Both the position numbers and the translations under genes were made by a program. A DNA stretch of 63,367 nt, counting the filler, from Vannella sp. (Eukaryota): assembly GCA_023345925.1 (NCBI GenBank). It is 8 parts of 8 records of this genome, joined end to end, with 100 filler letters (N's around TTAATTAATTAA, not from the genome) between each part and the next. Parts side by side here need not be neighbours in the genome. Positions count along the whole stretch, not along the records: positions 6,364 to 15,120 come from JAJQQN010000074.1; positions 15,221 to 23,540 come from JAJQQN010001250.1; 6 more parts are not named here. One strand, 5' to 3'. Below, in pieces: positions 12,148 to 23,500 of the stretch (its first letter is position 1; the number at the start of each line of letters is the position of its first letter). The notes beneath the pieces are model-generated. The model was not told the origin of the DNA. It saw only the letters and a list, made by a program, of their open reading frames with translations, and did no database searches.

Positions 12148-15045
12148 ATGCCTCTTTTGTGTCCTCGTTCAACCACAAGGTTGCGCTTCTTTACGATCGC
12201 CCACGCTTATGTGTTCCTCATCCTGCTCCCATTAGCTTTCTCGCAGCCCTACGTCGACAGCTTTACTCAGGGAAGCGGGGGTAACTCGTCATTTAGCAGT
12301 TGTTGCCCCAGTGTTGCACAGGTTTCGGAAGACCTCCCTGTGTGCGACGAAACGGAGCTGATTTGGTGCCGAAGAAGGGTCGATGCCAATCTCTACTGTC
12401 CGTCCTCTCTCCCAGCACCCTTTCTGAACGTGGAAGTCGGACCGGGTGGGGGCGTTTCCCTTGTGAACGGTCTAACCACTTGTTCGATGACTGTGAGCAT
12501 TCTCTATGAAGTTGACTTCTTCTCAAGTGACTTTGTATTCCTCGAGGCAGAACCCAGATTCCCCTCCGCGAGATCATTCCAGGTTCCCTACTCCTTTTCC
12601 AGTGATCCTGGTGTCACAATGCAGATGCAGATGTTCGTCACAACGTTCTTTCCGGGACCCCCCTTCTCAGAAATGTGCAGCCATCCTACGGTCCTTACAT
12701 TCCAAACAAGTGGCTCAGTCCAGTCGTTCCTTTACAAAGATTTCTCTGGTTTCTGCACTTTCGAGTCCATCAGCAAAATAGAAATTCAATTGACCTTCCC
12801 AAGAGGCGTCTTCAAAGCCTCTGGAATCGGATACTCCGCGCCTCCTCCTTCTGTCACTTCCTCCCCAACAGAGACGCCTTCTGTCACTGCATCGACAACC
12901 GTGACTTTAAGTCCCTCTCAAACGTCTGGGCTCTCATCTAGCAGCACTGCAAGTCCCTCTGAGACCGAAAGTAACACGATTACTCCCTCCCTTTCGTCAA
13001 GCCCTTCCGAAACCTCCACCCCGTCTTTGAGCAGCTCTTCTACTGCTTCCGAAACCTCCTCTGATTCGCCAAGCCAAACTCTCAGTTCGTCAACAAGTGA
13101 TACGGCGAGCCCCTCTGCGACCTCCACGTCATCAGAGACCAACACAGTCACTTCTTCCTCTTCGTCAAGCTCTTCAGGAACCTCCACCCCATCATTGACC
13201 GGCTCTCCCAGTGTTTCTTCATCCTCTTCCGAGTCGACGAGCCCAAAACCCAGTGCCTCAGCTAGCGAAACAGCAAGTGACACCGCGAGCCCCTCTGTCA
13301 CCTCCACGTCATCAGAGAGCAACATGATCACTCCCTCCTCTTCTTCGAGCTCTTCTCAAGCCCCCACGCCGTCCAGCAGCAGCTCTCCCAGCCAAACGCC
13401 CAGTCTCTCAGCAAGCGGAACAGTGAGTCCTTCTGCGACCTCTACACCAGATAGCAGTACGATCACGCCCTCCTTAAGCTCTTCCCAAACCTCCACGCCT
13501 TCAAGCAGTAGCTCCCTCAGCCCTTCTGCGACTTCCTCGGTAATGCACAGTCACAGTGGCAGTCCAACATGTACTACCAGCCCTTCCTCAACCTCAACGA
13601 TGTCAAACAGCAACTCTGAGAGTCTTTCCTTGGCCAGTAGCAGCTCTCCAAGTGTGTTTCTGACTATCTCTTCCACTTTCAGCCCTTCTTCTACCACCAG
13701 TGGCCTCCTGACAAGCCTCACGCCTTCAGAAAGCCAGTCTCCAAGTCTGTCATTGATCTCTACGGCATCAGAGAGCTCTTCTCTCAATTCTCCCCTGGTG
13801 AGTGCTTCCGCAACGGCTTCTCACAGTCAGACTCCTTCAAACCAAGCCATTACGGTTAGTACTACAATAACGCAAAGTCCTTCCGAAACCACTCCAACGA
13901 GGAACACTCTCTCTGAAAGTGCTTCTGGTTCTCTCTTGCTTACAACATTTCCATCTAGAGACCAATCTCCGACTCCTGTTTTCACACTCTCTCGAAGGGT
14001 ATCAATGCGTTCTGGGAATGTCTCTCCCTTTGGCTCAAGTTCTCTGATTCCAAGTGCATCTTTGTCCCGCAGTGAGGCTATTGAATCAGTTACAATTACC
14101 TCTAATCCTTCTGATGCCGCCTTCAGCCAAAGCTTAAGGAGTTCACTGCAACCTGGAATCTCACAGTCATCAAGTGCAAGTTCTTCTTTATCATTTCCTT
14201 CCAATACTTCAAAACCAAGTCTTGGACCTTTCATCTCTAACCGATTGAACTCTGCTTCTGCTGGAGTGATAGATACAACTGTAGAAAGAACGATTTCAGG
14301 GAGCAACCCAACAAGGACAAGAAACGCCAGCCCTTCCAAAGATAGACAATCCTTGTTGGAAGACTTAGGCACCAAATGCTCTTCCTGCGAGTTCTCCTCG
14401 ATTATCATCGATATGGATAGCCGACCTGATGACCAACCTTTGCTTGTGGAACTAACTGGAACGAGAGACCAGATTGTGGCGATTCTGTCAATACCTCGTG
14501 AAATGAGCAACCAAGTCAACACCTCGTTGAACATTGCATTTGCTTCGAATGTACCATCAAGCTTCTTCAATCAACCAGTAGGAGGGATCATCTTGGACAT
14601 AACCCTTGTTGATCAGTATGGACGCTTCATCACCAAGTTGGAAGATTCACTGACTATCTGCTTGCCTCGACCAAATCGGACATCCTTTGATGGAAAGAAC
14701 ATTTGCCTGGGCTATTATGTTGAGCAGAAGGCCAAGTGGAAGTGTGAGGATCTTTGCTTGATCAAATCACCAACGCAGGAGGGATACCTCTGTGGCGACA
14801 CAAGACATCTCACAAACTTTGCGTTACTCCTTCGGGGGCAGGATAAAAGCAGCGATGGAGATCCTTGCACAACAGAAGAACAGGACTACACCTTACTCTG
14901 GATAGCACTTGGATTAGCTGGTGGAGCGATCATTGCGATTCTCTTTTCGATCGTCCTCATCGAAATCAAGTACCGAAGGAGAGAATATCGAAAAAATATT
15001 GTTCTGAGCCTCATTCAAGCAGAAAATGAGCGCCTTCGGATATAG
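12148..15045 (+). CDS. Single-pass cell-surface protein with Ser/Thr mucin stalk and GPS (GAIN-like) autoproteolysis motif
   Basis: Signal peptide, Cys-containing N-domain, long S/T-rich stalk, CLGYY...WKCED...LCGDTRHLTNFALLL, one TM helix and a short basic cytoplasmic tail. Confidence 0.85.
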   Translation: MPLLCPRSTTRLRFFTIAHAYVFLILLPLAFSQPYVDSFTQGSGGNSSFSSCCPSVAQVSEDLPVCDETELIWCRRRVDANLYCPSSLPAPFLNVEVGPGGGVSLVNGLTTCSMTVSILYEVDFFSSDFVFLEAEPRFPSARSFQVPYSFSSDPGVTMQMQMFVTTFFPGPPFSEMCSHPTVLTFQTSGSVQSFLYKDFSGFCTFESISKIEIQLTFPRGVFKASGIGYSAPPPSVTSSPTETPSVTASTTVTLSPSQTSGLSSSSTASPSETESNTITPSLSSSPSETSTPSLSSSSTASETSSDSPSQTLSSSTSDTASPSATSTSSETNTVTSSSSSSSSGTSTPSLTGSPSVSSSSSESTSPKPSASASETASDTASPSVTSTSSESNMITPSSSSSSSQAPTPSSSSSPSQTPSLSASGTVSPSATSTPDSSTITPSLSSSQTSTPSSSSSLSPSATSSVMHSHSGSPTCTTSPSSTSTMSNSNSESLSLASSSSPSVFLTISSTFSPSSTTSGLLTSLTPSESQSPSLSLISTASESSSLNSPLVSASATASHSQTPSNQAITVSTTITQSPSETTPTRNTLSESASGSLLLTTFPSRDQSPTPVFTLSRRVSMRSGNVSPFGSSSLIPSASLSRSEAIESVTITSNPSDAAFSQSLRSSLQPGISQSSSASSSLSFPSNTSKPSLGPFISNRLNSASAGVIDTTVERTISGSNPTRTRNASPSKDRQSLLEDLGTKCSSCEFSSIIIDMDSRPDDQPLLVELTGTRDQIVAILSIPREMSNQVNTSLNIAFASNVPSSFFNQPVGGIILDITLVDQYGRFITKLEDSLTICLPRPNRTSFDGKNICLGYYVEQKAKWKCEDLCLIKSPTQEGYLCGDTRHLTNFALLLRGQDKSSDGDPCTTEEQDYTLLWIALGLAGGAIIAILFSIVLIEIKYRRREYRKNIVLSLIQAENERLRI

Positions 15046-15220
15046 AGAATTCACCGCCCCACTCAACCACGTCCGCTGGCCTCCTTTGAAAAGTGGCTTC
15101 AAATTCGACCGAGACCATTANNNNNNNNNNNNNNNNNNNNNNNNNNNNNNNNNNNNNNNNNNNNTTAATTAATTAANNNNNNNNNNNNNNNNNNNNNNNN
15201 NNNNNNNNNNNNNNNNNNNN

Positions 15221-16612
15221 AAGGTCTTTCATCCCTTCGAAGACATCTGGCAACTCTGTCAGCTCGTTATCTGCCAAGACAAGCTCTTTGAGGGATTCCA
15301 ACTGTCCCAGCGCCACTGGGAGTGTCTTCAGTTCGTTCCAACGGAGACCTAACCACTGTAATCCCTTGAGACTACAGAGGGACTCTGGAATGCTGGTCAG
15401 CCCGTTGCGGTGCAAGTTGAGATAAGTCAAGTTAGGAGCAGAGAGGATGGCTTCTGGTACTGTGGAGAGCTTGTTGTTCTCAAGGTCCAACTTGGTGAGC
15501 TTCTGCATGCGGTCCCACCCTGACCCTAAGCTCGCCAGACGGTTCCCTGGCATCAGAAGGGATTGGAGACTCGCGGATACTTCAAACACTCCTTCGGGTA
15601 CTCCCACGAAGCGGTTGTGCCCCAAATCCAACTTTGTGAGCTTCTCGAGGTGTTTCATGCCCTCAGGAAGTGATGTGAGCGTGTTCTTGCTGAGAAGGAT
15701 CTCTGTAAGGAAAGGTTTCTCCTCCCACTTGATGTCAAAGGCCTCCTTCAAGCCCTTATCACTCTGGTTGAGTACAGGGTTCTCAAATGCACGTGTCACG
15801 CCAAACTTAGAACCACCAGCAGTTGGTGGGCCCCCACGACCGGCACCAGGAGGTGCTGGGCGACCTCCTGTTTGAGGAGGGACAGGGCGGCCACCTGCAG
15901 GCACAATGGTGAGAAGTGAGCTACTTGTGCAGATGTACCTACCTTCGCTTGCACCAGGTGGGGAAGGACGGCTTGTGGGTGGCGTGGGCCTTCCAGCAGG
16001 AGGAGGTGGCTGGGAATTCTTCCGCTCGGGAGGCTGAGGGCGGCCAGCTGGTGGAGGGGGTTGAGGTCTACCAGCAGGAGGAGGTGGTTGGGAGTTCTTC
16101 CGCTCGGGAGGCTGAGGTCTACCAGCAGGTGGGGCCGGTTGCTCTAGCTTTTCGGTGGAAGCCTCGGAAGTCGATTCGAGAGTGGATGGAGAGCGTTGAC
16201 GAGAAGGAGGAGGTGGAGGACGTTGACGTGGGATTCCTGGAGAGTTTTGGGGCTCGTCTCCTCCAGAGACTGAAGAAGATGGATCAGAGCGGGCTCCTTC
16301 CGTTTCTGGCTCCTTGTTGCCCTCTTCCTGTTCAGTTTTGGACTCCACCTCGATGCCATAGAGAGTTTGAGATTCCCCTGATAGAGAGAATCCTTCCACC
16401 TTACTGAGAGCTCCAACAAACCCAAACCAAGTCGAACATGAAGCTTCCGACAACTCCAGCAGCTCCTGAAGCTCCTGCATACGGACTTCGCGCTCCTCTG
16501 CTAACTCACTCAGCAGTTCATCTCGCTCCTGTACGAGTTCTCGAATGGAAGCGAGCACTTGCCGGCCTTCCTCACGAATCCTTTCAAGCTCTTTAGCACC
16601 CGCCTCCGCCAT
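15221..16612 (-). CDS. Coiled-coil / Pro-rich / leucine-rich repeat protein, 3'-partial
   Basis: LxxLxLxxNxL repeats running into the linker, PPPPAGRP repeats, and a probable in-frame 48-nt intron at 15942-15895. Confidence 0.85.
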
Positions 16613-16695
16613 GAGCTCCCAAAAAATGGGTCTCCGACCAACAAGTGGTTAATTATAATAAATTGATGATTGTCATTGAAATGCGATGATTCTTC

Positions 16696-18924
16696 TCATT
16701 CTTTAGGAAGAAGAAAGGGGCGAGACGCTTGGTGAAGGAGAGAAGGGTGGGCTGCGTCAATCCAATCGCGAAGGGAAGCCAATCGGTCATCCCACCAATA
16801 AGGGACGGGCACTAAGGTGATTCCAAGTTGGCGGCAAAGGTCTGCCTTCTCCCGGTCCCGCTGTTGGTAGAGTTCCAAGGACCCAAAGGCAGGCAAATCA
16901 GAATAATGGTGTTCTCCGTTGTACTCAAAAGCGAGCCGATACCGTGGAATGTAGATGTCAAGCTCCATAAGGTTACCACCAGCTCGCTGAGCTTCAGTCA
17001 TGATGAACTCTTCGACAATCTCTTCATCCGGGAAGAGTTTTCGGGCACAAATGCAAAGCCAGCGTTGACGTGAACGCTTGTCTTTGCGTGTTAATAATCC
17101 CTCGTCCCATTGTACATTCGGGTGGAGCTTGCGGAGGACGTTAATCAATCGGTGATGCGTTAAGAGTCCGCCCCCTCCTAAAGAAATGATTTGAGGGACG
17201 GAAATACGGTACCAGTCCTCATGCTCCCGGATGTCATAGTAGTGCTCTACTTTGGTAATGAATTCTGCCACATTATCTTCATTGTCCCAGTATCCCGGAG
17301 GGAGCCGGCGCTCTTGGATTATGGAGTCCCATGGATGATCTGGGTAGAGTTGCTTGAGCATGTCAATGAAGCTGGAGTAGTATCCCAGAATTGAGCCGCC
17401 GCCTTTGTCCCGTAGCTGAGCAGAAGATGCCTTGGCCCAATCATCCAAGCATTGAATGTTCAGGTGCTCTTGTCCAATCTTTTCTAAAAGCTTACGCCGA
17501 TTCTCTTCTTTCTGTAGGAAGTTCCGAGGTAGACGATGGTCCACGCTTGGCTCCCAATCGTACTCAGGATAGACCTCCTGAAGCAGTTCAAAGTATGACT
17601 TGGCTCCTCGGAGAAGCTGGCTTCCGCCATGTGCAATTATTGTTTGACTGTCCACTCCCAAAAGATCTCTTGGAGAAGCCAGTCCCAATGAGTTGCGAAA
17701 GTTCTCGAGAAACCTTCGCTTGTTTGGTAGAGTGGACCAGTGGTATCGAGGATGCCGGCGCAGAATTGTCCCCCATTCATCCTCTGGATAGAAGAACTCG
17801 AGAAACCCGTGGATTGTGTGGAAACGTGACAAAAGGACATGCCCGTTATATCGCTTGATATCATGAGTTCGCACACGGCGCCAATCTTCTTTAGAGCGAA
17901 TGCAGAGGTGCTCCTCAAGATGGTCAAGTACTTCGCGGAGCTTTCCTTCTTGGTCCCAATACCCAGGAGGGAGTTTGTGAGAGCTGAAGTTCCAGGCATC
18001 CCACTTCTGAGGTATCAAGGTTTGAAGCATCGTGTAACAGCTGTCATATTTCTCGAGAATAGGGCCAAGGCCGACCTGATACAAACGACGTTTCGGTATT
18101 GCATCCCATTCGAATGCGGTATGGAGTTTCTCCCTTTTGGAAACTTGTTCTATCAACTTCCTCTGCCCCTCAATCGTTTCATATGACTCTTCGGTGGGGA
18201 AAATGCCTTCCCAGTCAATTTCAGGGAAGAGTTTGGGGAACATATCTCGATAACGCGGGTATCGGGAGAGTAGCCCAGCACCTCCATATTCTTTAATCCG
18301 CTGATGAGTCACATTTACCCAATCGAATGGCTCTTTGATGCCCAATTTGACGATTAGGCTATCCAAAAACTCTCGCTGCTTGCCCAAGTCATTCCAATTG
18401 ATTGCTTCTGCTTTCGTAAGTCCCTGGTATTGAAGAAGAGCATCTTTGTGCCCATACAGAAGAAAGCGTTTTCCGTTGTGCCTGCACAAGAGTGCGCGAG
18501 TGACTTGCTGAGGCTGCAACTTCTCCAAAGATGCTACACGCTCAATGAAGGAATGCAAGTTCTTCTCGTCCTCAAAGTAAGATCGAGGAACTAGCAAAGG
18601 GACTGTGATGGGGTCCCACTGTTGCTCTGGATAGAGGGCTTTGAGTGTTCCGAACAAGGAGGAATGGAGAGAGATCAAGCGCCGTCCGCCATTCTGTGCG
18701 ATCTGCTCCCGGGTTACCAGATTCCAATCTGCAGGTGATCGGAGGCCTCTCTCTTCTGCAAAGGTCTCGATGAAGGACCGTTGATTAGATTCGGATGCCC
18801 AAAATCCCGCAGCTTTGGGGGTATTCGCAGCTTCCTTGATGGCTGGCGCGGAGGAAGATGCCTGAGGAACCCTCCATGACGTTCCTCCTCGACATCCCTC
18901 CCGCAAAGCCCGCCGTGCCCACAT
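16696..18924 (-). CDS. Tandem-repeat protein (8 x ~70-75 aa) with C-terminal Vsr/DUF559-like PD-(D/E)xK nuclease domain; possible mitochondrial presequence
   Basis: First ATG at 18924 (MWARRALREGCRGG...). Repeats follow GYW..N.R.F....L.I....DW..V....I...GG..LL...YP...W. C-terminus ELDIYIP..LAFEYNGEHHY..RDREK..C..GITLVPVPYWWD. Intronless. Confidence 0.85.
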   Translation of the reverse strand: MWARRALREGCRGGTSWRVPQASSSAPAIKEAANTPKAAGFWASESNQRSFIETFAEERGLRSPADWNLVTREQIAQNGGRRLISLHSSLFGTLKALYPEQQWDPITVPLLVPRSYFEDEKNLHSFIERVASLEKLQPQQVTRALLCRHNGKRFLLYGHKDALLQYQGLTKAEAINWNDLGKQREFLDSLIVKLGIKEPFDWVNVTHQRIKEYGGAGLLSRYPRYRDMFPKLFPEIDWEGIFPTEESYETIEGQRKLIEQVSKREKLHTAFEWDAIPKRRLYQVGLGPILEKYDSCYTMLQTLIPQKWDAWNFSSHKLPPGYWDQEGKLREVLDHLEEHLCIRSKEDWRRVRTHDIKRYNGHVLLSRFHTIHGFLEFFYPEDEWGTILRRHPRYHWSTLPNKRRFLENFRNSLGLASPRDLLGVDSQTIIAHGGSQLLRGAKSYFELLQEVYPEYDWEPSVDHRLPRNFLQKEENRRKLLEKIGQEHLNIQCLDDWAKASSAQLRDKGGGSILGYYSSFIDMLKQLYPDHPWDSIIQERRLPPGYWDNEDNVAEFITKVEHYYDIREHEDWYRISVPQIISLGGGGLLTHHRLINVLRKLHPNVQWDEGLLTRKDKRSRQRWLCICARKLFPDEEIVEEFIMTEAQRAGGNLMELDIYIPRYRLAFEYNGEHHYSDLPAFGSLELYQQRDREKADLCRQLGITLVPVPYWWDDRLASLRDWIDAAHPSLLHQASRPFLLPKE

Positions 18925-19153
18925 AAGCGGAGCTTGAAGAAATCTGATTGTCCGATCTTTTTCCAAGAAGTCAAAGTTCTGCCATCAGGGTCTTAACAAC
19001 TATACTAAACATTAACCCATTGGAAATCATTCAATTACAAATGAACTTGGTGAGTTTGGCTGTTCCAGAAGATTCCGGAGACAAACCAAACTTTGGGATT
19101 TCGATCGTTTCGTTTCATTCTTTCAGCAGCCGGTACGTTCAACCTCTCCACAA

Positions 19154-19236
19154 GTCTATCGTGATGAACAACTCTGGCTGAACATTCATGTTGATATTAT
19201 TATAATCGAACACGCCAGTTCTGCTTCTGAACAGAC
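19154..19236 (+). ncRNA. Box C/D snoRNA, U38/snR61-like guide for LSU rRNA 2'-O-methylation
   Basis: C box GTGATGA 19161-19167, D' CTGA 19178-19181, C' ATGTTGA 19188-19194, D CTGA 19227-19230, terminal stem GTCT/AGAC. The 14-nt guide CGCCAGTTCTGCTT is complementary to the conserved LSU sequence AAGCAGAACUGGCG. Confidence 0.85.
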
Positions 19237-19256
19237 GCTATTTTTTCCACAATCGT

Positions 19257-20314
19257 TTACTCACCCTCACCACTAGGTTCAGCAACGTCAGCTACTCGCG
19301 GCTTGGCCTTGAAGGGCTTGTGGAAGGTGAAATAAATATCTTTCACTTTCTTAGCACCAAGTCCATCAATGACTGCAAGCTCTTCCATGTCTGCAGCAAT
19401 GGTCCGTTTCAACGTCTTCTGATCGTCAGCAGAAGGCAAAGAACAACGCCCAAACACCTACCCCGTATGAAGTGGCAAGGCTGCGCACGTTCCGCTTGTT
19501 AACTGTTCTGATCGATGTCATGCAGTCAGTCAAGCGTGATTCATAGTCTTCCTCTATCTTCTTTTGAATGGCATCTGCTGGCTTGTTCTCGTACACTTTG
19601 AAGGTTTCAATGTACCTTGCTGCTTCGTCGTTGCTACGTTTGAGTTGAGATCGACTTTCATTAATGAGATAGTCTACCTACCTCCATGAACAAAGCAAGG
19701 TGGCGTCATTTCGGAGGCAAAGAGTGCTGATGTGTTGAAGAGGGCCCAAGTCCGGCTTTGTAGCTTCGATTAGAAGAGGAAGAAACGTCTGAGGAACATA
19801 CTGAGTCTACCAAGCAGAAGACCACGCGAAGGAGGAAACTGCAGGCGCGAAGACCGCGGAACCTCGCTTCAAGATATCCAGGATGTTCTGTATGGTACTT
19901 CACACTGATAAAGAGGCCACAGCGTGTGGAAGAGAACACGTAGTCTGGTACAATGTCCGAGAAGAGGTACTTGCAATGCTCAAGGCGGCGAAGAATGGGG
20001 TTGCCTTCTTGGCAAGGGTTCACAAGAAGCTCCCTGCCGCTGGTGATGGGGCGCTTTTCGTGTGCTACTGGCATTGGGAGGGGTTTGGTTAAGGGTGTGG
20101 CACCTTTAGTAGCCGTTTGGAGAGGTCCTGCCCGAGGGACTGTGCTTGGAAAGGTATTGCCAACATTGGGAACGATGTGGCGAGGAGGAGGAGCCACCTG
20201 AGGGATAACAGGAAGAGGATGCTTTGGGGTTTTTTGCAACTCTTCGAAGAGATCCAACATGCACGCTTCCTCATCCTCCCCAAGCTCCGGTATGACTATC
20301 GGGGCTCGCGACAT
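19257..20314 (-). CDS. ERCC1: DNA excision repair protein ERCC1/Rad10 (multi-exon)
   Basis: LLVNPCQEGNPIL, PDYV, FISVKYH..HPGY, EAARYIETFKVYENKPADAI and HhH motif GLGAKKV. Several short introns. Confidence 0.92.
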
Positions 20315-20510
20315 CTCCTGACCAGTAAATGTTGGCACTTTCGCCTAAACAATTGAACAAAGGTGAAAATCACATTGAGAGGAGAAAAAGATGCCTTCTG
20401 CTTTCAGTCAGCTTCAATGAATGATCTTGGAACCGATTAAATTTAGCAATATTGATCTCTCAGAAAACCGATTTAGAGGACACATTTAGGATAAAACCAC
20501 TCTTCCTTGC

Positions 20511-23500
20511 ATGCCGACGCCCAGCACGCAGGGCGTCCTACTGGGCTTCACCCTCTTGGACAAGGTCCACTCCAAGACTGTGGTTGTGGAGTGCCATACT
20601 TGGCGTATTGCACACGCCAACAAGCATTTCTGCAACTTCTTCAAGACAGTCGAACGGATCCCTGGGAAGACGTTGGCGTTTCCCACTAGTCTAAGGGGTG
20701 TCCTCTCATCAAATAGCATGTCAAAGCTTGAGTCCCATTCGAGGGATGGGCTGTTCCCCTTTGTTCTGGAGGCTGAGGTGCTGGACGAGTACCGAACGAT
20801 CAACATGGAGGCTCATGTTGAGCTGGTCTCGCTCCCTTATCGTCTTTCTGAAGACCCTAAGGGAGAAACCGGTGAGGAGAACACAGAATACTTTATCATC
20901 ACCTTCCGGAAGGAAAGCTTACAGAGGAATGAGAGCATCAGGACCCTCCAATGCCTCAAGTACACCACAGCCAGCATCTCCCTCTTTGATGTGATGTCTC
21001 TCCATTCACCCAAGCTACTCTTACAGAGTAGAGATGCTAAACGGCAGGGTATCACCGCTGAGACGTTCTTTAACGATCCCCGCTTGCGCACCGCCATGGA
21101 GGAGCTCTACTCCTCCTCCTCGGAGACTCTATCTTCGGTCTCCATCAGTGAGTTCGTCCCTATTCCTTTCAGACGAACGGATTTCGATACGAACCGATCC
21201 ACTCCTCGCTGTCCAAGGAGGTCGCTTCCTGATATCCACAACTCCCCCAAGCCCCAACGGACTGACACCCAACCGGATGGAGAGGAGAGGTTCTATGCCA
21301 TCACTTTCGTCAAGCTGACGGACCCCATCACCAACCACCCCTGCTTCTTTGTCCGAAAGATGGACATCACGGACATCAAGAGAAGCGAGCAGAAGCTCGA
21401 GCACGCTCTCACTCAGAGTCAACTGACAGCAGACTTCATAAGCAATCTCTCTCATGAGATCCGTACGCCTCTCAATGGTATCTTGGGAATGCTTCAGTAT
21501 CTGGCCGACACCGACCAGACATTGGACCAGTACAATGCCACCAGCACGGCCATCAGCTCGACCATCGCACTGACGGATCTTCTGTCTGATGTTTTGGACT
21601 TCTCCAAAATCGAAGCGGGAAAGCTCACCATCCGACCAGGACCTGTTCTTGTGCGAGATCTCATTCGGTTGCTGGAAGAGGTTTGCCAGCTATTTGGTAC
21701 GGCTGTGACCTCCAAAAACTTGGGCCTCCACTTGGATTACCCTATGGGATTTGCGTTTCGCGACCATCACGTCTTAGAGACGTCAATGGCTTCCTTTCCA
21801 AGTTTCATTATTTCGGACATTCATCGGATCCGGCAAGTTCTCATCAATCTGATAAGCAATGCGGTCAAGTATACGCCCTCTGGACATGTCTGCGTTCGGT
21901 TAAAGGTACTGTCTAATGGGAGTAAAGGATCAAAGGGACTTCCTATTCGCATTGAAGTCGAAGACACTGGCGAGGGCATTGATACCAGTAGCCCGTTAAG
22001 CGTTTTCCAGAGATTCCAAAGAATGGCTGGAGACACAGGATTGAATGTGGACGATGTATGCCGTCCAGAGGGCACTGGAATCGGACTCTCCATCAGCAAA
22101 AAAATCACGGAAATGTTAGGCGGTCAAATGCTTCTGACATCAAAGCTTGGAGAGGGTAGCACCTTCACACTATGCCTCCCTGAGACTATCTCGACAGAGA
22201 AGGATGCTAGTGAAAACTCTCCTGTATCTTTTCGAAAAACGCCACGGTGCTCTGTTCCAGACATCACTTTGCTTTCGGCCGGAACTGCAGAGTGGAAAAA
22301 GAAGAGCCCTCGCAGATTTTCTGCGTCAGACACTGCCCTGAAAGAGATTGGCTCTTTAAAAGGACTGGTGGTCGGGACAGCTCTGCAAATAGTCAGCCCT
22401 CAGCACTCTCTACTGATAGGCCCAATGGTCAGATCTTTCCTGAAATCGATTGGAGTAGTACACTTTGATACCTTCTGTGACCTCCGGGACATAACTGCCG
22501 TTGAATCAAGCAGAGTCACTTACTTCCTGGATATTGCAAATACTGTGCCATTCCCGTCTGAGCAGTCTGCATCAAGTGGAAGGAGGGAGTGCATATCTGA
22601 CGAGTTGGACCGCGAGCAGCATCTCTGGATAACTCAAACCTGCGCACAAATCAAAGCTCTCTATGAGTCAATATGTCGTGCACATGGAACCCCTACTGAA
22701 TCGCTTAAGGCCACTGAGGGGCCCACTCACACCCACCCGTCTAATCAAGCCCTCTTGTTCGTTCTAATTCCGCTGGGATGCGTTAATCTACTTGCTTCCG
22801 TACTTCTGAATGTCCCTTGGTTTACTTCTTGGTTAGCCTCTCCTTTAATACCGGTCCAAATGATATCTGCTCTAAGTGGCAATTATATACAATGTAACGG
22901 GGTCAAAAGCCGACATAGCCCACGAATATCGCCAACCCTTTCACCCCGCACCAAGAACCCGTCACCTCTTCATTCTCCCAGGGCTACACAGTCTACCCTA
23001 GTGACGAACCGTTCAAACTCAACACCTCGTGCTAACTTCTTACCGTCAGTGCCCCAGAGTGTGCTTGGGGGTGAGCTTTTCCGCCTTCTTGTGGCAGAAG
23101 ACAACAAATTCAACCGCCAGGTATTCCAACGCCTCCTGAGCAAGATACGAACCGATGTAGACATTGATTGGGCGTTTGATGGCGCAGAAGCCGTCCAAAA
23201 GTTCCAGGACTCCTTGCACTCGCAAAACCCTTACAGCCTTTGCTTTATGGATATCCAAATGCCTCACCTGAATGGATACCAAGCCACGGCTGCCATTCGT
23301 CAACTGGAGGCGACCTTCTACTCTCCTCGACTCCCGATTATTGCTCTCAGCGGTAACACAGCAGAAGAGTCTCGTAAGAAGTGTCTGTCCGTTGGAATGG
23401 AAGCTTCTCTGTCCAAACCTATCCGAAAGGAGCTTCTCACTGCAACTCTGGAGACCTTCTTGCCAGCGCACCCCCAACAGCTCCTGGCGAGTTCATGTGA

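Noticed and set aside
16696..20314. Repeat-nuclease next to ERCC1 as a DNA-repair gene cluster
   Set aside because: A single adjacency in a very gene-dense eukaryotic genome, with likely different compartments. There is no support without conserved synteny.
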